A stretch of 64,000 nucleotides of DNA from the NCBI GenBank assembly GCA_977020255.1, contig CDROCS010003345.1, positions 124,001 through 188,000 of the forward strand, read 5' to 3'. The translations under genes and the position numbers were made by a program. Source of the stretch: Obrimoposthia wandeli (lineage: Eukaryota). The notes below the pieces were generated by a model. It had not been told where the DNA came from. It saw only the letters and a program-made list of their open reading frames with translations, and did not search any database. Shown piece after piece: positions 26,085 to 38,700 of the stretch. The number at the start of each line of letters is the position of its first letter. Within the stretch, counting starts at the first letter, position 1.

Positions 26085-26248
26085 TTCTAAGAAACGTCGT
26101 TTAGGTAGTAGCTAATAGAGTACTTACTACCAGAACAGAACCTATTGCTTCTTTATTTGCAATGAATTCCAATGGAATAGGCTGGGGTGCAAAATGCACC
26201 CCAAACGTCGTTTACCTAGTAAAAACGTGAACAGCGAAGAACTGTTAA
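26085..26248 (+). repeat. piggyBac right-end region
   Basis: Palindrome ggggtgcaaaatgcacccc and repeated aaacgtcgttta motifs. Exact TTAA junction ambiguous (26229-26248). No left end visible. Confidence 0.5.
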
Positions 26249-27192
26249 TGATGCCATTGTACTCTTAATGATGTCAAAATTGAAGGTGGAAATTCTTCCT
26301 ATGCTCATAAAGCTTTGATTGAAAGTCTTTTGAATTATAGTACAGATACTCAAAATATTAATTTGGCAACCATTGGTTATGATAAAATAGTTGCAACTCG
26401 CAAAGAATGGATTGCAGGTTCTAAAGCTTACGAAATGTGTGGGTCTTTGAGATTGAATTTCTTTGAACAACCGAAATATTTAATTCATGGTGTTATTGTA
26501 CAGCTTCGTTTGAAACGTAATAAATGGAATTTTTCTTTGATAAGCACAGACGTTCTGAAACCTAGACTTGATATTTTGGATGCAAAATTGTATGTCCGAA
26601 GAGTTAAAACCGAGCAATCAGTTTTAATGGCATATAATATATGAATGGAAAAAAACAATGCTTGTTATCCTATTAAAGAAACTAAACTTATATCCTATTC
26701 TTTAAGCTTTTAATTAGGATCAAATTTTTGGTGATGTAAAATTACCGAAATTCATTTTAATTTCTTTTCAAAAAACTGCAAAGTTTCTAGGAAATTATAC
26801 GACAGATGCAACTCAATTTGACAATCTTAATGTAGGTTCAGTGACACTTTCAAGAAATACTGATTATCGCGAAACATATAAAACAGATTTCGAAAGTAAC
26901 GCTTATGCTTTAGCATATACGCAATCTATTATTCGGAATTTGGGCCAACTAAATAAAAATATAAACAATGGTATTTCTTTCACTGAGTTTAAAAGCAGCT
27001 GCCCGTTCTTCATTCTTCACATTTGTTTTGGCACCAGACTTTGATATAAACCAATGCCAACTACCAAAGGATGGAAATTTACGACTAGAAATTAAGTTCA
27101 ATGCAGCTTTAACACATCCTACTACGGTGCTTATTTACGGAGTGTTTGATTCGGAAATACAAATCAATAAAAACAGAACTGTCATATTATAG
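26245..27192 (+). pseudogene. Major capsid protein (double jelly-roll), N-terminus missing, frameshifted
   Basis: LNDVKI..GNSSYAHKALIESLLNYS, FFEQPKYLIHGV...LRL, LDAKLYVRRVK, F.LAPD...KDGNLRLEIKF..AL..PTTVLIYGVFDSEIQI.KNR.V. Confidence 0.88.
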
Positions 27193-27239
27193 AATGAAGT
27201 AAGACATTTTTTAAATTTATATTTATTAATTTTTATTTA

Positions 27240-27572
27240 GTTTAGTACAAGTACAAGAATCAGCAGAGAATGTCCTGGGTGATAAATTCAATGGAGTTTA
27301 TCCAATGATATGATCCCATTTTTCAATGTGGAGGTTACATTATCAATACTCATACTTCGAATTTACCGGGAGAACATTGGATAGCTATTTATGTTAGAGA
27401 GTGGACAATACATGTATTTGATCCACTTGCAATGTATTATCCACACAAACTTGTTTCAACTATTCAAAAAGAACGAAGAAGTGTATTTTACATCAAGATA
27501 CAATATCAGGATCCTGCGACGAGAAACTGTGGACATTTATGTATTTTATGGTTATCGTTGCAAAACGATTAG
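27240..27572 (+). pseudogene. Adenain-like maturation cysteine protease
   Basis: IINTHTSNLPGEHWIAIY...FDPL...YQDPATRNCGHLC gives the His-Asp-Gln-Cys set. 5' part frameshifted. Confidence 0.85.
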
Positions 27573-27836
27573 TGTGTTATAAAAATAAATATTTTTAAAG
27601 TTTTATTTTGAATTATTTTTTAAATCCCTAAAAAAATATAAGGGTAAAATAATAAAAGACTTAATACGAATTTATTTTAATACATTTATTAAAAACAACA
27701 TCACAATGAGATCTGTCAACGAAGATAAGGTCCATCCTAAAAAATATATTGAAATAACAAAAGGTTAGAGTCAAGGTGCCATAGGGATCTAAAATTTTAA
27801 TAAACTAAACTAAAAAAATCAAAAAATGAAAACCGT

Positions 27837-30800
27837 TTAAATTCGGAAGTGTCCATAAGCCAGGCTAGCGTTCTTTTCTACCCAAAAGCGCTTGTCGTCA
27901 TTACTACTCAAGGCGATTTTGGTTGATTTATGGCAATAGAGTTGATGGGCTCTTGAAATAAATCTAGTTTGCTCAACGCTTTCAATACACCCAGTATCAT
28001 AAACTTTCCGGTGGGCCTCACGTGTAAGATTGTTTCTTCCCACAACCTTTGCTCTCATTGAACATGTATTATTAGATGCCTGCAAACTGTAGCATTTAGG
28101 GCGTAGAAAAATACAATCATCATACAAATCTTGTCCCTCGCTTTCATCCTTAAATTTCCCGATAATATCCTTTAAACTCATAGAGTGTAGAGGATAGTTA
28201 GCGAGATATTTATGGGTATCTAGTAAGTTGTCCCTAAACATTGCTGGTAATAATTGATTATTTAAACTAACATTCCTACATTCTAAAAAGAAAAGGTCAG
28301 TGTCCCCAGCTGCTATTTTGATCTCCCAATTGAATTCTCGTCGATATTTCTCTAATTTTATGTATTGAAGCTCGTACATTCTGAGTTTAGAAATGTCTAA
28401 AACCGTTTGACCTATATAACTCGGTCGATCGAGACAAATACTCTGTTTTCCTAATAACACTGCTACCAAGTCATCTGCAATTGTAAAGCTACGCTTGAAG
28501 TTGGCATGAGGTAGAGGTAGAGTAAGCGTCCACCCATACAAATTATTAATGTCGATGTACAGAATCTCCGTGGATTGATTTTTGACAACATGATGTTTGT
28601 TGACAAAAGTCATTCCACCGCGTATACCATAATCATACATTTGATACATCGAGGGATCATACAGTAACTAGATATTAATTTAAAGGGTTTTTATTGCTGT
28701 TGCCCATGAAAGACCAGTTAAACTAAAGAAATGCATTGGATCTAGCCCATCTTCTGCTAAAGACTTTACACGAAAGGACTCAAAAACATCAGCTAAAAGA
28801 TAAATGTCTAACTTCATATAATAAAGCATATATTCTAAAAGATTTCGACAATTATTCACCCAAAATGTACGGGCCTCATTATAGTCTTGAAGACTTACAC
28901 CCTCAAATTCAGTTATGGGTGGGATTTCTGTTGTATTTTCTAAATCTGCAAACGTTTTCGCAAATTTATACAGAAAAATCCCCTTATTTATACAGAAAAA
29001 TCGCCATGCATTTAAAGATGCCGTTAAATTTTTTAAAGACCCACTCAAAAACTGCAGAGAATCTATGAATCTTAAACTTCAGAATTCAGTATATGCAGTT
29101 ACAATTAAATATTTCTCTGAAGTTTGAGGTATACATAAAATTTCCCAAGAGCTTAATGTACCCAACGCGTATTTAAGTATATGATGCAAATCATATCCTT
29201 TGAGATTATGAAACACGATGGGAATGCGTGGTTTTTTAGGGAGGCCAAGGTTACAGAGGTTGCACGCCGCTCCCAAGTATCGCCCCGTAACATGATAATG
29301 ATCTCTGACTAACTTAGACTGGGTTCCACACAAATAACATAATCTACAAGAATTAAAATTAACCCAGTCTATGCCTGTCATGATCATTGCTTGATGAGCA
29401 TTAAGATCATACCACAGTTTGACAATTGTTGTTCCTAATTCTTCTAATTTCAACATAAAATCTAAAACACAATTTGGGCCGGAAAATTTATGATACTGTG
29501 TAATATTGGGGCCTAAGAATAGTAGTCCTGCCAAATCCGGTAGGTGAATACTCTCATACTGGTCGTGTAATGCTAGAATTGACTCAAAATCTGCATACAC
29601 CCTGAATTCCACGGGTATTCATTTTGTCCAATCCCTGAATTTTAAATCCTTATCCTTAGGCATGCTATATAGCGTATTGTCATCAGGATTTAGTGAACAT
29701 AATGTCAGATGTTTGCTGTAAGAGAGCTCGGATCGGAATCCATGCAAACATCTATGACACCACTTACATCTTATCCTAACCGGTAAGGCTCCATTATCTA
29801 AATTTAGAAGATGATCTAAATTGGGAATTGCAGCATAATGGAATTTTTTATTATGTTCGAGCAAAATTAAGTTGACCTGAGTCCCCTCATTTTTGCTCCT
29901 ATAAATTACATCTAGAAAAGGATTTTTAAAAATTTCTTCGTCTGTTACATTAACTGGGATATCAGTATTATATTTGAATACATTAATACTCAAGTTATAA
30001 AGTAGTTCAAATCTTGATATCGCAGTTAATTTAACAGGAAAATCTATTCCATGATACTGCAATTCATTTAAAAAAGGGGTATATTTACTGACACGCTCTC
30101 TATGCTCAGTAATTACATCTCTTTGAGAATGGCCAACACGCTATACAGAAAGCAAAGGTTATCACTGTTTTGTATGTTAACAATGGAACGTGAAAGTTGA
30201 AGAGATCTAGGTGAAGGAATCTATGAACTCCCCGAAAGATATATCATGTCAGTGAACTTTGTTAGAACAAAGCTAACATCGTGAATTCTAACTAGAGTCC
30301 ATCCACTACTTAACTCGCTATAATTAGCAATTTTTTCATCTAGGTTTCTTCCAATTTCAGTTACAAAATTATCATAGAAAACAGTTGCTTTATGTGAAAT
30401 TACCCACGTTTTATTCTCCTCATTGACATTTTTAAACTGCACATTTGCGCAAAATTTAACCTTATCCTGTCCTAATTTAGTCACTTCTGATTTTAAAAGA
30501 CTTTCAATATTTGAATCTACACCTACGTTTAATAAAATTTCATTTCCTAATGGCACCTTAACTATAACATATTTATTCTTTAGGTGATACTCTATAGTAG
30601 CACCGGTTTCTCTACGTTTTTGGGGTGGGACCTTATTCAGAAATTGGTCTCGCCTCTTTCTTCCTACAGTCGCTGACAAACCTCCCCCTAATTGAACGCG
30701 AAGACAACTATTTATATTAACAGTTGAGGTGGAATGTGCTGCTATTGGTGATGCTGCCGATGTTGAGGCAATCGCAGCTGATGTAGACGATGCTGCTGTA

Positions 30801-31772
30801 ATAGATGCTACCGCAGATGATGAGACAGTGGCAGTTGTAAAGGCTGCATTTGAAGTTGGGGTAGCTGAGGTAGTAGCCGACATTGCCGACGAAGAAGCGG
30901 CTGTTGTAGAGGTTAATGCTGCTGAAATAAATATATTAAAAAAAATAAATTATTATCTCTAAGGCGTCTAGGCACTCGCAATGGGGGAGGCATTGTTGTC
31001 GTAGCGGACGACGGCTGTATCACGGTATTTCCTGAATAAAAAATAAAAAATAAAATATATATATTTACAATTTTAAAAAATAATCAGAAAAATAATAATA
31101 AAAAAGTACCTAATGAAGGCAATCCAACTAAAGTTGGTTGGAAGTCCTCTTCATTGACGGAATCCATCCAGCTGTCATCCGTGAACTCGACGAAATCGGA
31201 TTCCTCGGTGGTCTCCAACCAGCCGTTGTCGCTCCACTGAGGCTGCTTCATCTCGAAATCTGACTGGGTGATATTTTCCATGCAGCTATTGTCCGAGAAT
31301 TGGGTTGCAGGCGCCAACTCCTCAAAATCTTCTTGGGAGATGTCGTTCATCCACTCATTGTTAGTCATTTGAGTGGATGGGGCAGAATCAGGAGACGGGA
31401 GACCAATCGCATGACCGTAAAAGGGTTGATCGACTGCAACTGGAATTGGGGCAGGAGCTGGAGCGACCTGTGAATCGCGCACCAATTGCACGATATCACA
31501 CTTCTTGTTGTTGGTCGTGAAACAGGATAGGTGAGCTCGATGTTCACCGAATAAGTCTCGAAACACCTTCTCCTCCATTGTTCTGCAGAAGAGGCAGACG
31601 AAGAATTGAAGCCCGCGAGACTTTGTCCAATAGTATGCGGACATTATCTCCATGCAGGACTCTCCTCCATGCGGAGCCGAAGCACCACAATATGCTGGAA
31701 ACAGGATACACGTAATCTGAAATAATAAATATTAATAAAGAAATAATAAATATAGATTCTTACCATAGTCAT
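27837..31772 (-). pseudogene. polB: Protein-primed family B DNA polymerase with spliced N-terminal extension (disrupted)
   Basis: GSS*IP...IVNIQNSDNLCF, YADFES, RDH.HVTG.Y.GAAC..CNL, FHNLKGYD, Y..LDIYLLADVFE, GIRGG, YIDINNLYG, GDTD. Motif B (KxxxNxxYG) is deleted. Introns 31717-31763, 31032-31109 and 30922-30956 keep the frame. Confidence 0.9.
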
Positions 31773-31985
31773 TATTTCAAATAGTCGGGGACTTTAATGA
31801 AGAAAGTGTTTGCTTATATACTAAAATTTATGCACAGATGCTCTTTTCCTATTGGATTAAAAAATTGAATTTTATTGAGAAGGATTGTTTATCTGTTAAA
31901 TGGTCGAATTTTTTTTTTTTTATTCCCCCAATCAAAATAATTATTTGTAATTGGATGAAAATTATGAATTAGAAGAATTGTTTAT

Positions 31986-32469
31986 CTACATGTCTAGTAA
32001 TAATAAGATAGACTTAAACATTTTTTATATGCGCAATGGTCACCATGATTACGATATGGACAGCAAATATTTCGTGGAATTTTTAATAGATGATCACGTG
32101 AAATATTTAAAGTATTCAACCTCAATTTGGGAAAATATTTTTTTAAAGTCTTATACTTTGGCCATCCATTTCATCTAAAACATAAAAAATTCCAATTTCT
32201 ATATCCAAATTAGATTTTATTTTATCAAAAATACGTATTTCACAAAAAGCCTTATGTCCTTCTTTCCATTTTAATAAATGAAAGTAATTAGTTAAATATA
32301 AATTAGTAAATTTTTTCTTATAATCTAATCTTTTAAACGGAATATATATTTGAAATATGAAATGCAAAGGATGAAAAACGTCGCATACATCCATAATACA
32401 TAATTCTTTTATAATATAATCACCATTTTTGTTAATGAAAGCCTCAAAATCTATGATATATTCCTGCAT
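31986..32469 (-). pseudogene. DEDD/DnaQ-like exonuclease-type protein with C-terminal Cys/His cluster (frameshifted)
   Basis: YIIDFEAF...YIIKELCI...HF.F; shifted C-term ICCPYRNHGDHCAYKKC. Confidence 0.55.
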
Positions 32470-32584
32470 AATTATCTAAATTTGTAGCAAATCCCGTTGT
32501 TTATAACGAAAATAACCATTAATCAAAAATTTATTAAAATAACAAAGTACTCAGGATTCAGTCTTTCATATTAAGATTGGTATA

Positions 32585-33001
32585 GGAGATAATTTTATGT
32601 ATAATTTAATCCCATTTTTATTATCTATTTTACAAAACACATTATTTATAAATTTGTTTATATTTAGACAATTATGTAACATAATCAATAAAGACAAAAT
32701 AATAATCAAAAATTAATATTGTCAATTCTCCTATGAATATTAAAATAAATTATATTAAATGTAAACATACCTAAATATTTCGAAATTAAATTACATAATT
32801 TATCTCCAACAATTTCCGGAGTATCATTTTCTGAAAAGTAATGATTTTTATAATCTTCCATTAAATCTGGAGATAATTTTATGTATAATTTAATTCAATT
32901 TTAATTATCCATTTTACAAAAAACATTATATATAAATTTGTTTATATTTAGACAATTATGTAACATAATCAATAAAGACAAAATAATAATCAAAAATTAA
33001 T
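32585..33001. repeat. ~133-bp direct duplication (32585-32717 and 32868-33001) overlapping a small spliced gene remnant
   Basis: Near-identical ggagataattttatgtataattt...aaaaattaat blocks; minus-strand GT-AG intron 32731-32770 lies between them. Confidence 0.75.
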
Positions 33002-33029
33002 TTTTTTGTAGAAGGACCCTCTTCTGGTT

Positions 33030-33890
33030 TAATCTGGAGGATTCTCTTTCTTGGTGCTCGCCGAATCCTCCATCTCTTCTCTTATTTTTTCATCCACCTT
33101 CTTCTTTTACATTTTGATCTTCTTATTCCACTCCACGATCCGACGTCGTTCTGCTAGCCGCCTATTTTGTATCTCCACCCGACGATTCCACTCGGTTGCG
33201 ACAGCAGTATACAAATTTTGATTGAGGACCCTCTTTAGTAGCCTTTCTCTTCTGTGGGGCTTTCTTCTGTTTCTCCTCCTTCTCACGCTGAAGCTGACAT
33301 GAGACAGCATCCTGTTCCCCCTGTGAATCTGGAAGCATTGCCGGTGTATCCAGTTCCGCCAGGAATTCGTCCAATCCAGCTTTATCCCAGGCCTTATTCA
33401 AGTTCTGGTTGGTTGTTGGAGATGCAGTCTCCCAAGCCCTGGTCAAATTTGATGTATCCTGCAGGCGTTGTTGACTTGACGGCGGACTAATCTCGATCGG
33501 TGAGACTGGGATCCTCTCGTATAGAATTGGCCCGTCGTCCACTGGAGATGAGAGAATCTCCTGCCGTCCAATCACCGCCTCAGAAGAATGTCGAATTGAG
33601 GTGGAACATTTTCTCGAGCGCTTCGTCTTCTTCACCTCTGCTCGCTTCGTCCGTTTCTTGGGGAAAGGAGTAATTTCTCCCCATTTCTCCTCAATTATCC
33701 TACAAAATATTAATAAAATTTAAACATATAAATAATTTACCTCAATGACGGGCAGGTTAGCCTGTTTCACCAACTTGGCCTTATTCCGAGTGTGGGTTTT
33801 GACCCGAAGGCGTTGCGGTTTATTAACCGCCGCTTGCTTCCTATCCACCGGTTGAATAGGCGTCGCCTCTTCGAGAATGTTTTCCATCTA
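33030..33890 (-). pseudogene. Spliced basic/low-complexity Polinton gene, related to 14960-15360
   Basis: GT-AG intron 33700-33740 (the frame join needs an additional lesion). NLTRAW/NLNKAW..LDEFLAELDTP resembles TLDQAW..LNKILEADMP in the mini-Polinton. Confidence 0.5.
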
Positions 33891-35507
33891 TGTGAATTAT
33901 TAAATTTAATATCTAAATAATTTATCTTAAAATTATCTGGAGACGCTAGGTATCGGAGCTCACTCCTATTTTCATTCATACCGTCAAACTTAGTGTTGTT
34001 TTCTGTTAATCTCGCTTTAACTTAGTCGTTCTAACTTTTAACATAATTCAATATCACTGCTTCTTATAGTTGCTTACTTGTGATTAATCTAACTGCCACG
34101 TAATATAACTTTTATTCATACGAAAACTCTATTTTATTTTACTCAGTCTAAATTACACTCGCATTGAATCATACTCTCGACACTCTTATTTTTCAATTAC
34201 TTACACTGTCACCCATCCACAATTGCAGTTTTACAATCACTTGCTAAGACATTTACTTGTATTTTCATTCACTTGCATTCATTTACATTCATTCTAACTC
34301 TCATTTATTCAAACTAGCACGTAAATTAATATATTTACTAATTTTCATTCATACTTGTACTTGACATTCGTACTTGCAATCGTATTCTTTCTTACTTGTA
34401 CTTGTAACTGCATTCATACTTGTACTTGCATTCATTGTTAATTGTACTTGCTTTTATTTACATTTACACTTGTATTAATTCATACAATCGATGATTAATT
34501 TTACTTGTTCTCACAGGAGATTTTTAATATTTTAGAAAGTAGAATAATAAATAGAAATACTAAGTTGATAATCGAATATGTATATAATTTAATTTATTTA
34601 CATATAAAACAAATATAATTAAAGATTTGGTAATCTAATTTATAAACAAAACTTTCAGTAAATTTGAATTACATTTGTTTGCAAATTAATTTTCAATATT
34701 CGATACAAATATAATACATGTATAAAATTAATTTTTGCAGTTTTAAAAATAAAATGTTTTAAAAATATTTTCGATTATTTAAAGTGAAAATTGGATAATA
34801 TAAATACTCAACTTATATAAATAAATATTTTTTTAACCATGTTCTTTAAGAATAAAGAATTCAAATTTATCAGATTTTAAAACAATTCAATTAAGGAATG
34901 TTATCAAATGAGATAAGAAATTTTTAATGATTTATGTGTATATTTTTGATCATTGTAGCATATGAAAAAAACAATATGCGAAAAAAAGCTTAAAATTTCA
35001 CATCTTAATTAATATAATTTTAAATAGATTATTAATCTTATTCATTGATTGATAGTATTAATTTGATAATTACAAATTAATAATAACATTTTTCTTAATA
35101 ATTATTATATTTTTAATATTTTCATCATTATTTTTAATGCATAAATTACAAGCATGAAATTATGCAATTTTAAAAGTAATTAATATTTAACATATTTAAT
35201 TTAGAGTTATAATAAATAAGTTTGTTTTTGAATATACATTTGTTTAAATAATTCAAAAGTGATAATATTAAAAGAAATTTGCAGTAATTTAAAATATTGT
35301 TAAAATTATTGGCAGTATTCGACAGTATTCCTTAGTGAATTTTAATTTTTTTTAATAGAAATAAAATGAAATAGGTCACCTATTTTATTATTTTATATTT
35401 AATATTTACCAGAAAATGTATTAAATATATACGTTAATTAGACATTAGTTATGAAAATCTTTCCAATTTATGAATGTAATGTAATTAGATTTTAAGAAAT
35501 TTATTTT

Positions 35508-35710
35508 TGTTGAGATGAAGTAATTGAGTAATTTGGGTTGAGAAGACAAGATCTTGAAATTTTATTGATTTATTTTTATCAAATCCATAATAAATATGTA
35601 TTATTATTCATAATACATAATTACAATACTTGTAATAACAAAATGTGCACACATAAACAAAATGACAACACAAAGAGTAAAATAGTGTGCAATGAAAACA
35701 TATCACAACA
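35508..35710 (-). repeat. 3' LTR of the gypsy element
   Basis: TG...CA ends, direct repeat of 40176-40358. Adjacent PPT agggagaaagttaaa on the minus strand (35711-35725). Confidence 0.9.
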
Positions 35711-38700
35711 TTTAACTTTCTCCCTAAGTTATGGAGTAACAAAAAATAGAAACAAAAGAATGTGTGAGTCGATTATGAGGTTTTTATGGTGGTTATCCTG
35801 TTCCACGTTAGTAATAGTTTAAGGAATGAAGTGTTGTTGTTGGTTGAATTTAACGTGGTTTTTGTTGGTTTTAAATGGGGTTATGGTTTTTGTATTTCGG
35901 TTGTTAATAAGCGTCGGTGTTTGTTTTTTGTTGATGAGTGTTGTGTTATTGTCATGTTATTGTCATGTTCTTTTATGATGTTATATGGGCCGTCATATTT
36001 TGGTTCCAGTTGTCTGGTGTTGCGGAGTTTGATGTATGTTAGTTTGTTTTTAAGTATGGGTATGTGTGTCGGTGTCTTTACGTGTTCTGTTTGTGTTGTT
36101 GTGATCCGTGGTATGTGGTTTTTGAATACGCGTTGAGCTGGGCTTTTGTTATCGTTATGGTGCGGGGTGTTGCGTATTCCAATCATGACTTGTTAAATTA
36201 TCTTGGGCCAGTTGTGGGGTTGTTGTAAACATGATAAAGTTTCTTTAATGCGTCTATGGAGTCGTTAAATTTTCCCGTTAGATTGTGGATTGTATGTCGT
36301 AGTTTTAATGTGTTTGATGTTGTGGTTGTTGCAATATTCGTTGAATGTTTCGCTTATAAATTGTCAACCTTGGTCGGTTATGATTTTTGTGGGGAATCCA
36401 TATAAGGTAAACCACTGTTTGTGTAATTTGTTTAGTATGGTTGATGTTCAGATATTTTTAATGGGTACGGCTATACACCAGTTAGTGTTGTTGTCGAGTA
36501 CGGTGAGTAATAATGAATATTGTTGGTGGATTGGTAGTGGTCCTACGAGGTCAGTGTGAATAGTATGGTAAAGAGTATCGCATGTGATGTGTAATTGCTT
36601 GGTTGGTGTGTGTTTCTGGGTTTTGTAGAGATTACATGGCTCGCATAGTTTGACATAGTTTTGAGTGTCTTTACGCATATTTGGCTATAGGTAATGGTGT
36701 CTGATTAGTTCGTAAGTGCCTTTAATTTCAGGGTGGTGGATGTTATGAAATGAGCGATGCATTTTTGGTTTAGCTCTCGTGGTATAATTGTTCTTGTGAT
36801 TCCTGTGATAGTCGTATCGTACCATATGTTGTTAAACATTGTGAAGTTGTATGAACTACGTGTGAATTTATGTAGTTCTTGTTTCCCGATGATTTCGTGT
36901 GGTTGGAAGAGTTTATCGATTGTGTTTATTTCGTATAGTTCGGATGGTCTAGATAACGTATCAGCTATAATGTTCGAGGAACCTGGAATATATTTAATGG
37001 TTGTGTTGAATTGTGAGATGTAGTTTAGTTGTCGTTGTTGTCTTGGTGTCGGATGTTTCATATGTAATGCGTGTATTAGAGGTTTGTGGTCGGTTTAAGT
37101 GGTGAAAGTTTTGTCTACTAGTTGATTTTCGAATTGTTTAGTGGCTTGATAAATGGCTAATAATTCACGGTCATATGTTGAATATTTGATTTGGTGTGTC
37201 TTTAGTTTTTTTGAGAAAAATGCTAGTGGTGATATTTTTTCGTTGACAATCTGATTGAGTACGGCTCATGTTCCTAAGTTGGATGCATCGGTGGTTAGTG
37301 ATATCTCAGCGTTGTGTATTGGGCTGGATAATGAAGTTGCCGTTTTAAGTGCTTCTTTTGCATTGTCAAAATCTTTCAATTGTTGTTCGTTAAGTTTAAT
37401 TTTCGAATTTTCGAATTTTTATTTTTGTTTTTTATTATTTCATTGAGTGGTGCTATATGTATATGTGCAGCGTTTTTAATATGTTGGTGATAGAAGTTTA
37501 TCATTCCTAGAAATCCGCGTAGTTGTTTTACCGTGTTAGGTGGTTGTAATTCGCTTATCGTTTTTATTTTCCCGGTGTTGGGACTGATGCCGTCTTTTGA
37601 TAGTGTGAAACCTAAAAAATTGATGGTTCTTCTATTAAAGCTGCATTTTTCTTCATTGAGTGTTAATTGATGTTTTTTGATTAGGTTTCTTACTATTGTT
37701 ATATCTAAGTTGTCTTTCGTCTGGGCTAGCTATTAATATATCGTCAATGAAAGTTATGACATTCGGGATGTTGGAAAATATTTGATCCATATGTCGTTGA
37801 AATGTTGATACAGAGTTCTTTAAACCAAATGGAATTTTTATATATTCATATAGACCGAATGGTGTGATTATGGCGGTTTTCTGGATATCTTCAGAGTTCA
37901 TGGGTATGTGGTGATATTCTTATTTTAAGTCAAGTTTCGAAAAGGTTGTTGCTCCAGCCGTTCTTCTTATGATATCGTTGATTAAAGGTAATGGATAGGC
38001 GTCAGGTGTTGTCATAGTGTTGAGTGCTCTATAATCTCCACAACAGCGCCATTCTCCTGATGTTTTCTTTTCATCATGAGTGCAGATGCCCAAGGTGAGT
38101 CTGACACTCTGATCGTTCCTTCTTGTAATAAATTAGTGAAAGTAGTTTTGGCTGCTGCTAATTTGTCTGGTGGTAGCGGTCTTACTTTGGCATGGCATGA
38201 ATATCCTATTGTAATAATTTTGTGTGTCGTGTTGTGCTTCTCTTGTATAGGTGTGCTCGGTGCTGTGATGTTCTGTTTATCAGTGTGGTTAATTTCGGGT
38301 GTTTCATATATGATGTTTTCAGGAGAGTTTGTTTGTATGATGATTTATTAGGCGCATATGAAGAGTTGCATCTTGGATGTCGATTATTATTGTGGTAGTT
38401 GCCTTGTATTATTGAGTTTTCTTCGTTGACAGTTTTTGTGAAGTCGGTTTTCGTTAATATTGTTCTGTCTTTGCAGTCTATCATAAAATTGTGTTTTACG
38501 AGGAAATCAGATCCTATTATCGGTTGGGATACGTCCGCGATGATAAAATTCCATTGGTATGCTGTATTGATTATAATTAAATTCAGTTTTGTTTCGCCGT
38601 ACGTTTTGATTGTGGTGTTGTTTGCTGCGATGAGGTTTATGTGATGTGTGTTGTATGTTTTATAATTTTTTTGGGTGCATAGTGTATATGGAATTAGTTA

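Larger units (their letters stand above)
17998..33980. mobile_element. Large decayed Polinton/Maverick (adintovirus-like) element
   Basis: ATPase, integrase, minor capsid, major capsid, protease and pPolB genes in Polinton arrangement. Candidate left terminus agtaggtggatgtgtcc at 17998 resembles the mini-Polinton TIR. Right terminus not identified; right boundary approximate. Confidence 0.9.

Noticed and set aside
30922-30956. Non-canonical AT-AG or GA-AG intron class
   Set aside because: A single G-to-A change in a decaying element explains it; a GA donor would break the frame.
34030-34490. Low-complexity (cttgta/cattca)n tract as a coding region
   Set aside because: Stops in the frames I read; could not tell a decayed Polinton gene from simple repeat.
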